A stretch of DNA of 64,000 bases from Thermoanaerobaculia bacterium (lineage in GTDB: Bacteria > Acidobacteriota > Thermoanaerobaculia > Multivoradales > Multivoraceae). The position numbers and the translations under genes were made by a program. Where the stretch lies: the NCBI GenBank assembly GCA_963664405.1, contig OY761158.1, forward strand, positions 6,716,314 through 6,780,313, in the 5' to 3' direction. Of the stretch, positions 57,211 to 64,000 are shown piece by piece (the first letter of the stretch is position 1; the number at the start of each line of letters is the position of its first letter). The notes under the pieces are model-generated. The model was not told the DNA's origin and made no database searches. It worked only from the letters and a program-made list of their open reading frames with translations.

Positions 57211-57451
57211 GCCGGCTTGCGCTTGACCGAGCGCTTTCGCTCGAGCTCCTCCTCCAGAGAGCGCGCGAACTCGTGCGCCGAGAAGTGTCCCTGAAGTTTC
57301 AGCACGTGATTGCGAGCCGCGATCTCGACCAGAATGGCGACGTTGCGACCCGGCGCCACCGGCATTCGAAGATAGGGGCAAGGCGAATCGAGGATCCGGT
57401 AGACACTCTCTTCGAGGCCGAGGCGGTCGTAGGCTCTGCCGGGCTCCCAGC
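57207..57451 (-). pseudogene. hprK: 3' fragment of HPr kinase/phosphorylase cut at the duplication junction
   Basis: WEPGRAYDRLGLEE..MPVAPGRNVAILVEIAARNHVLKLQG; no start, abuts parB sequence. Confidence 0.88.
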
Positions 57452-57892
57452 CCGGCGATAACCCTCTGCCTCTTCGAACACTGTCAGGTTCTCGCGATGG
57501 AGATTCTCGACCAGGGCGATCTCCATCGCCTCCTGTGCCGAAACGTCCATTTCGATCGCCGGGATCTCGAACAGCCCGGCCTCGAGGGATGCCCGATACC
57601 TTCGCTCGCCGGAAATGATCACAAACGCAGGGCCTGAATCGCCCTCGCTATCCGGATTGGGACGAATGAGAATCGGCTCGAGCACACCCTTGTCTTCGAT
57701 AGATCCGACGAGCTCCGAGAGGTCGCCAACACCCCTGCGCGGCTGATTCGGGTCCGGCTGGATCAACGAAAGAGCTACCAGGCGCCCCACCGGCGGGGCG
57801 TTCTGCGTCGCGAGATTATCTACGAAGTGGCGATCGTGGCGCATCCGGACCTGCTCAGGCAGCCCCCGCTTGCGATCTTCTACATCAGACAC
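57452..57892 (-). pseudogene. parB: 5' part of parB truncated at the junction (reads out of frame to a stop at 57299)
   Basis: Identical to ParB up to EAEGYRR, then unrelated residues. Confidence 0.9.
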
Positions 57893-58646
57893 GACTCAGC
57901 ACCTCTTCGGCCAGAGCGTAGTACTGGTAAGCGCTTGCAGAGCGCGGCGCGAAAGAGAAGATGGGCTCCCGATAGGCCGGGCTCTCTTCGAGTCGTACAC
58001 TCTTCGTGATCACCGTATTGAAGAGCTTTTCCCCGAAGACCTTCTCAATCTCTTTTTGGATGTCGCGCGCAAGTAGGGTTCGCTTATCGTGCAGCGTGAT
58101 CAACACGCCGAGAATCTGCAGCCGAGGATTCCCTCCCCTCTTCTTGATCCGATCGATCGTCTCTAGGAGGTCGTCGGTTCCTTCCAGGGCGTAGTAGCTC
58201 GACTGGATCGGCACGATTGCGTGTCCCGATGCAACCAGCGCGTTCACCGTAATGATTCCCAGCGTAGGGGGCGTATCGAGCACGATGTAGTCGTACTTAC
58301 GGGAAACCTTCGCAAGGGCGTCCTTGAGTCGAAAGTGACTGTCGAATTGGCCGACGAGCGCACCCTCGAGCTTGGCAAGCGAAATATGAGAAGGAGCGAT
58401 ATCCAGATTCGGCACCTTCTCCGCGGGTACAATGATGTCGGCGATTCCGACGCTCGAGTCCGCCAGCACATCGTACATCGACCCTTCCAGATCGTGAATG
58501 TCGACGAAGGAGAGTGAGCTATTAGCCTGGGGGTCGAGATCGACGAGAAGGGTGCGCAGGCTCTTCCCTGCCAGGGCGGCAGACAGATTGATGGCGGTCG
58601 TGGTCTTCCCCACTCCGCCCTTTTGATTGGTGATCGCGATGATCAT
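57885..58646 (-). CDS. parA: ParA/Soj ATPase (duplicate)
   Basis: Identical translation to 50087-50848. Confidence 0.95.
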   Translation of the reverse strand: MIIAITNQKGGVGKTTTAINLSAALAGKSLRTLLVDLDPQANSSLSFVDIHDLEGSMYDVLADSSVGIADIIVPAEKVPNLDIAPSHISLAKLEGALVGQFDSHFRLKDALAKVSRKYDYIVLDTPPTLGIITVNALVASGHAIVPIQSSYYALEGTDDLLETIDRIKKRGGNPRLQILGVLITLHDKRTLLARDIQKEIEKVFGEKLFNTVITKSVRLEESPAYREPIFSFAPRSASAYQYYALAEEVLSRV

Positions 58647-58745
58647 TCAGCGAACCTAGCCCGGGGACCCTGCGTGCTCATGTCGGCCGGCAGACAATGT
58701 TCCTAAATATCTGAATCCACGCAGTTAACGACACACTTCCAGGGA

Positions 58746-59258
58746 CTACATCTCATACTCGCCCAGATCATCAGGGTCGAGATCCTCCAATAGCTTTCGA
58801 ATCCGTTCCTGCTCGTCACGCATGACGCTTTCATCGCCCGCCTTTGCCTTCTCGAGGACGGAAGAGGCGACCAGTACCGGAGCCGCAGTGCGAAGAGCGA
58901 GGGCAATCGCGTCGCTGGGTCGAGCATCGATCTCGAGAGTCTGGGACTCCCCCGCTCGCTGGACGTAGATGGTGGCGTAGAAGGTCTGGTCTCGAAGATC
59001 CGCCACGACCACTTTCACCACCTCGGAGTTGAGGGCTGCCATGGTGGTCGCTAGTAGATCGTGGGTGCGCGGCCTTGGCGACTCCGAGGACTCGAGGCCA
59101 AGTTGGATTGCGCTCGCTTCAAAGAGCCCGATCCAGATCGGAAGAAAGGCTTGAGATTCCGGGTCTTTGAGAATGACGATCGGGTTATTCGACGAAGGAT
59201 CGATCATCAGGCCTTTGACTTCCATCAGAATCAGGTCGTCTGGGTCGCGTGTCGTCAT
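58746..59258 (-). CDS. Bifunctional nuclease family protein (duplicate)
   Basis: Identical translation to 50948-51460. Confidence 0.92.
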   Translation of the reverse strand: MTTRDPDDLILMEVKGLMIDPSSNNPIVILKDPESQAFLPIWIGLFEASAIQLGLESSESPRPRTHDLLATTMAALNSEVVKVVVADLRDQTFYATIYVQRAGESQTLEIDARPSDAIALALRTAAPVLVASSVLEKAKAGDESVMRDEQERIRKLLEDLDPDDLGEYEM

Positions 59259-60655
59259 CCGCCCTCTCCAAGTCTCACCAGGGGCCGGCGCGCCTCATCG
59301 ACGCGTGCCAGGGGTGCTCGTGCCTCGACTGTGGCTGACAGGCTGTGCGGAAACGCTCGGTCCACCCTCGCCTGACACATCTCCCCCGGCGCAACCCCTA
59401 AACCCGCGTTTGCGTCGAGATGGACGACCCGATGGCAAGCGCTCCTTCCGACGACAGTCCCAGGAGTCTTTCCTGGACCGGTGACCAGGATCTCCAGTTC
59501 CCGGCCGACGAGGCTCTGGTTGAGCTCCAGCTGAATCTCCTTCTGGGTCGCAAAGATCTGCTGGAGACGGCGATCGCTGGTAGCGAGGTCGACGGGCTCA
59601 CCAATACGAAGCGCAGCTGTGCCGGGCCTCGGAGAGTACTTGAAGGCATAGAGAGACGCGAAGCGCAGCTCCTCGACGAGCCGGAGAGTTCCTTCGAATT
59701 CGTCTTCGGTCTCGCCGGGAAAGCCAACGATGATGTCGGTCGAGAGGGCTATTCCGCTGCGCGCAGCGCGTAGGCTCGTAACCAAATCGCGATACTCGCC
59801 CACGGTGTAGCCGCGGCCCATTCGGCGGAGAACCGAATTGCTCCCGGACTGGACCGGGAGATGAATATAGGGGCAGATCACTTCCTGGCTGCCAACTTGG
59901 TCGACCATGCGAGGTGAGAAGTCTCGTGGATAAGAGGTCACGAAGCGAAGGCGGCGCAAGCCGGGCACGTTGGCCACAGCCTCGAGCAGATCAGCGAAGT
60001 CTATTTGGCCTCCGTCGGCGTCCGTTCCACGCCAATGGTTCACGGTCTGGCCGAGAAGCTCGATCTCGAGGAACCCGAAGTCGACGAGATGGCGTACTTC
60101 GTTGACGATGGCCGCGAGAGGCCGGCTACGCTCGGGGCCTCTGGTTTGGGGCACGATGCAGAAGGTGCAGTTCTTGTCGCAGCCTTCGACCACCGTAACC
60201 ATGCCCTTGTATAGACCGTCTCGACTGATGGCGTCGATCTCGTACGGGCGATCCTCCGGAAAGCCCACTGCAACAGGTCGCATCCCCTTGCGGGCCTTCG
60301 CCATCACCGAGCGCATCTCTCCGACTCTGCCGGTTCCAAGAACGAAGTCCAGCTCGGGGACCCGTCGTAGCGCTCGCTCTCCCTCTTGCTGCGCCACACA
60401 TCCACAGAAGCCGATGAGGAGCTCGGGGCGATCGCTTTTGAGCAGGCGGTACTCTCCCAGCCTCGAATAGGCCTTCTGCGCAGCCTTCTCTCGCACACTG
60501 CACGAATTGAGCAGGATCACATCTGCGTCTCGAGGAGTGGCTGTGGGCAGCAGCCCATCCTGCATCAGCTGGCCTGAGAGCCGCTGGCTGTCGAGCTCGT
60601 TCATCTGGCAGCCCCAGGTCTCGATGAAGAAGCGATCGGCCTTCGGGTAGTTCAT
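59255..60655 (-). CDS. miaB: MiaB (duplicate)
   Basis: Identical translation to 51457-52857. Confidence 0.95.
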   Translation of the reverse strand: MNYPKADRFFIETWGCQMNELDSQRLSGQLMQDGLLPTATPRDADVILLNSCSVREKAAQKAYSRLGEYRLLKSDRPELLIGFCGCVAQQEGERALRRVPELDFVLGTGRVGEMRSVMAKARKGMRPVAVGFPEDRPYEIDAISRDGLYKGMVTVVEGCDKNCTFCIVPQTRGPERSRPLAAIVNEVRHLVDFGFLEIELLGQTVNHWRGTDADGGQIDFADLLEAVANVPGLRRLRFVTSYPRDFSPRMVDQVGSQEVICPYIHLPVQSGSNSVLRRMGRGYTVGEYRDLVTSLRAARSGIALSTDIIVGFPGETEDEFEGTLRLVEELRFASLYAFKYSPRPGTAALRIGEPVDLATSDRRLQQIFATQKEIQLELNQSLVGRELEILVTGPGKTPGTVVGRSACHRVVHLDANAGLGVAPGEMCQARVDRAFPHSLSATVEARAPLARVDEARRPLVRLGEGG

Positions 60656-61569
60656 TGCCGAATCGCTTCTTCGTTGAGAAGCTTGGGCTCCCGCGGGTCC
60701 TCTTCGCGGCGTCGCTCGGGGGCTGTGTCCGGCTTGCTCCGGGCCGGCTCGAACTCGATACCTTCGCGTAGCCAGCCGGGGAGGGCTCCAGAGCGCCGCC
60801 CGTCCTCGAGAAAGGCATCCATTCGATCCTGGTACTCGGCCACTTCTTCTCTGGCTTCCTCGATGGCAATCAGGGCCCTATCCCACGCCGGCTTGATTTC
60901 GTTGTCGCGATAAAAGGGGTCGTCTTCATCGTAGAAGCGCCGGCGCAGCTCAGCGACCTCGGTCTGAAGCGCACTGACCTCCTCGACCTCTGCCTTCCAG
61001 TTGAGTCGCAGGCGTAACGCCTCTCCGCGCCAATACTGCTCCGACACGCCGTCCGTGGTGGTCGGTGCGGCTATGTTCTCCGGCTCGTTGGTTTCCGTCA
61101 GGATGGTGAGCTGCCCTCCCTCGGCCTGTTCGGCAATGTTGCTGTTGGTAATGACGGTGGTCGGGGGCGCGGTACGGCCGGCTCGCTGGCGCCGGGCCTC
61201 TTGTGAGGCTTCGAAGAGAGTTCTCGGCGTAGCCTCAGTCGGCTGCTCGCTGACGGTGACGATGGTGATCGATTGGTTGTCTCTGAGAGTAGGGACGTCT
61301 TCTACTGGGGGCGCTGGCTCCCCCTCCGGCAGGGAAACGCTACCCTCGGCCAGATCGGTCCCCTCGCCGAGCTCGGCGCCTTCGGCGAGATCGTCGCCGC
61401 TGGACCGATCGGGCACCTCCCCCTCTGGAGAGGGAGCCTCGGTCAAGGTCTGCGAAGGTAGCTCGACTTCCTTGGAGAGCAGACTGGTCCCGCATCCCAG
61501 GGTGAACGCGAGCCCGGTCAGAAACATGAGCAAGAGTGTGCCTTGGCAGTAGTCTCTGGGCTTGGCCAC
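60652..61569 (-). CDS. Hypothetical lipoprotein (duplicate)
   Basis: Identical translation to 52854-53771. Confidence 0.7.
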   Translation of the reverse strand: MAKPRDYCQGTLLLMFLTGLAFTLGCGTSLLSKEVELPSQTLTEAPSPEGEVPDRSSGDDLAEGAELGEGTDLAEGSVSLPEGEPAPPVEDVPTLRDNQSITIVTVSEQPTEATPRTLFEASQEARRQRAGRTAPPTTVITNSNIAEQAEGGQLTILTETNEPENIAAPTTTDGVSEQYWRGEALRLRLNWKAEVEEVSALQTEVAELRRRFYDEDDPFYRDNEIKPAWDRALIAIEEAREEVAEYQDRMDAFLEDGRRSGALPGWLREGIEFEPARSKPDTAPERRREEDPREPKLLNEEAIRQ

Positions 61570-61657
61570 GTCCGCTGTCTCCGTTAACTAGGCCATTGTA
61601 GTCGAGGCCGAGGAGAGGACCAAGACGCCCCTCTGGGCGGCTCTCCGACGCAATTCA

Positions 61658-63427
61658 TTACGCCCTAGTTACGCCGGAAGGAGATGGCAGGCCAGCGAGC
61701 AGTTCTCGCACCTCGTCAGCGGTCTGGAGAGCGAGACAGGCCTCCGTGACAGGGCCGAGATCTTCAATCTGCAGTTCGCCGATCTTCTCGCTGATGACCG
61801 GGATGGAGCGGGGTCCCATCGAGAGACGTCGCAGGCCGATGCCGAGAAGGAAGGGTGTCAGCAGCGGATCGGAAGCCATCTCGCCGCATAGGGAGAGCTC
61901 GCAGGGCGTGCCGGCAACGCCATCCACGATGCTCTTCAGTAGGCGAAGAACTGCGGGATGGGTTGGTTGATAGAGCTCGGCTACGTGCTCGTTGTTGCGG
62001 TCCACGGCAAGTGAGTACTGAATCAGATCGTTGGTCCCGATTGAAAGGAAGTCGACTTCGCGAGCGAAGTGGTCGGCCAGTAGGGCCGCTCCAGGTACCT
62101 CGATCATGGCACCGAGCCGAACGTCTGGGTCGTGCGCCAGCCCCTCGGCCGCGAGCTCTGCGACGATCTCAGTGCAGAGAGCCTTGAAGAATCGTACCTC
62201 CTCCAGCGTGCTCACCAGCGGAATCATGATCCGCAGGTCACCTTTGACTGCGGCTCTGTACAGGGCTCGGAGCTGGGACCTCATGATCTCGGGATGGAGT
62301 CGGGTAAGGCGGATACCCCGCAGGCCCAGAACGGGATTCTCCTCTTCGCCCGGGAAGAGCTCACGCGCGAGCTGCCGACCGCCAAGGTCGAAGGTGCGCA
62401 CGGTGACCGGGCGAGGATGAAGTCCCTCGAGGAGCGCTGAGAACAGAGCGAAGTGCTCTTCCTCGGTCGGGATCTCCGGACTCTTCTCGATGAAGAAGAA
62501 CTCGCTGCGGTACAGCCCAACGCCACAGCAGCCGAAGCGGATCGCGTCATCGATCTCGTCGACTAGCTCCAGGTTCGCCAACAGCTCGATCTCGACTCCG
62601 TCGCCTGTCCGTGCCTGGACGCCGGGTTGTCGAGCCACGTCCTCGTCGGCACTTTGAAGACGACCGAGCTTAGCCTCGTAGAGGGCCAGAACCTCTGGGG
62701 TCGGGTGGAGAATGATCCTGTCCTCATCCCCGTCGATGATCACCGGATCCTGGTCCGTGGCCAGTTCAAGGATGCCGGTGAGATTCACCACCATCGGTAG
62801 GTTCAGGCCGCGCGCGATGATGGTTGTATGGGTCGCTTTGCCACCCACCTCGAGCGCGAAACCCACGACGTTCTCGCGAGAGAAGCGCAGGGCGTCAGAC
62901 GGCGCGAGCTCTTTGCCCACCAACACCACGTTGCCCTCGATCTCGGAGAGCTCATGATGACCGATGCCCTGAAGGCTCCTCAGCAGGTAGCGGCTGACGT
63001 TACGAAGATCCTCGCTCCGCTCCCGGAGATACTCGCTCTCGATCTCGGCGAATCGGATCTCGAGCTCGTTACAAGTGCGGGCGACCGCCCATTCCGCGTT
63101 GACCTGCCGCGAGCGAATGCGATCGACGATTCGTCGAGCGAAGGCCTTGTCGTTGAGGAGAAGGGCCTGTGCCTCCAGGATGCTGGCCATGTCGTCGCCG
63201 AGAGCCTGCTCCATCTTGACGCGAGCCTTCGAAAGATCGGCGAAGGCCGCATCGCGAGCCTCCTCGAAGCGGCGAATCTCGGGCCCGATATCCGCTCTAC
63301 CGAGGTGGAAGCGCAAGACCTCGTCGCCGGCGTCTTCTACGCAAACGGCTCGGCCGATCGCAACGCCACCCGAGACTCCGAGCCCTTCCATGACGCGCAT
63401 GCTCACGCGCTCAACCCTCCTCTCCAA
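61658..63427 (-). CDS. ptsI: PTS enzyme I (duplicate)
   Basis: Identical translation to 53860-55629. Confidence 0.95.
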   Translation of the reverse strand: MERRVERVSMRVMEGLGVSGGVAIGRAVCVEDAGDEVLRFHLGRADIGPEIRRFEEARDAAFADLSKARVKMEQALGDDMASILEAQALLLNDKAFARRIVDRIRSRQVNAEWAVARTCNELEIRFAEIESEYLRERSEDLRNVSRYLLRSLQGIGHHELSEIEGNVVLVGKELAPSDALRFSRENVVGFALEVGGKATHTTIIARGLNLPMVVNLTGILELATDQDPVIIDGDEDRIILHPTPEVLALYEAKLGRLQSADEDVARQPGVQARTGDGVEIELLANLELVDEIDDAIRFGCCGVGLYRSEFFFIEKSPEIPTEEEHFALFSALLEGLHPRPVTVRTFDLGGRQLARELFPGEEENPVLGLRGIRLTRLHPEIMRSQLRALYRAAVKGDLRIMIPLVSTLEEVRFFKALCTEIVAELAAEGLAHDPDVRLGAMIEVPGAALLADHFAREVDFLSIGTNDLIQYSLAVDRNNEHVAELYQPTHPAVLRLLKSIVDGVAGTPCELSLCGEMASDPLLTPFLLGIGLRRLSMGPRSIPVISEKIGELQIEDLGPVTEACLALQTADEVRELLAGLPSPSGVTRA

Positions 63428-63680
63428 AGCCGTCGGCGATCAGACGTGTGACCGCTTCGAGAGCCGCAAGCTCGTCGACTCCGCTACAGCGAACCGTGAC
63501 CCTCATCCCCTGCGCCGCGGCCAGAAGCAGAATCCCGAGGATGCTCTTTGCGTCGACTTCCTCGGCATCGCTCACGAGGTACACCTCCGATTCGAAACTG
63601 GAGGCCATTTGAACCAGCTTGGCTGCAGCTCGCGCATGAAGCCCGAGGCGATTGACGATTTCAGACTCGGCATCGACCAT
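63411..63680 (-). CDS. ptsH: HPr (duplicate)
   Basis: Identical translation to 55613-55882. Confidence 0.94.
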   Translation of the reverse strand: MVDAESEIVNRLGLHARAAAKLVQMASSFESEVYLVSDAEEVDAKSILGILLLAAAQGMRVTVRCSGVDELAALEAVTRLIADGFGEEG

Positions 63681-63684
63681 CGAC

Positions 63685-64000
63685 CTAGTCCCCGTCCTCG
63701 TCGCAGCCGGGAGCGCTGCCGGGCGGCGGATCGCTCAACCGGACGATACTCTTGGTGGCCTTCGCTCGCATCCACTCTGCGAGCTCGCCGACTGCTTCGG
63801 GCTGGCTTTGGAGGCTCCCCAGCCGCATCACCATGGGCAGATTCACGCCGGTCACCATCTCGACCCGACCCGGCTCGAGGAAGGGTGTACAGGCGTTGGA
63901 TGGCGTAGCACCAAAGACATCGGTGAGAATCAGCACTCCATCCTCGCGACCGATCTCTTTGAGCATCTCCTCGACCTGGCGCCGAGCTTTCTCGAGCGAG
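63685..64000 (-). CDS. PTS EIIA (duplicate, 5' end outside the window)
   Basis: Matches 55887-56202. Confidence 0.9.
   Translation of the reverse strand, partial: SLEKARRQVEEMLKEIGREDGVLILTDVFGATPSNACTPFLEPGRVEMVTGVNLPMVMRLGSLQSQPEAVGELAEWMRAKATKSIVRLSDPPPGSAPGCDEDGD

Larger units (their letters stand above)
49654..57451. repeat. 7798 bp tandem duplication, unit 1
   Basis: Sequence from 49654 recurs at 57452; all ORFs recur with offset 7798 and identical translations. Confidence 0.96.
57452..64000. repeat. 7798 bp tandem duplication, unit 2 (runs off the window)
   Basis: Matches 49654-56202. Confidence 0.96.

Overview
High-GC bacterial chromosome segment; gene content and order (fused lptF/G, TolQRAB-Pal-CpoB, ihf-merR-tRNA-Pro) suggest Acidobacteriota, which is inference only. 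Housekeeping content: glyA under a ZMP/ZTP riboswitch, four type IV minor pilins, a GalU-like/TRAP/GalK-like sugar locus, aceK, two ETF pairs (one with a membrane Fe-S oxidoreductase), sahR-ahcY, mltD-like, hspQ, rsmD, rex, tRNA-Leu(CAG), der, HU/IHF, merR, tRNA-Pro(GGG), argF, ribH-nusB-lptE, rpsT, tol-pal, metK, lptFG, parAB, miaB and the ptsI-ptsH-EIIA-rapZ-hprK cluster. Most notable: (1) a family of ~130-170 bp CTAG/TAG-bounded palindromes sitting at TAG stop codons, with divergent arms but a shared core. One copy is split at its apical loop by a tyrosine-recombinase + IS91-type element. Another has expanded into a ~127 bp tandem array that holds a four-gene IS21 element with no target duplication. 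(2) A GalK-like kinase lacking the galactose-recognition Glu and Tyr, next to a TRAP carboxylate transporter and a nucleotidyltransferase, a candidate bacterial uronate-salvage route. (3) An apparently identical 7798 bp tandem duplication with a parB'/'hprK junction. All calls come from reading motifs by eye; no database searches were run.
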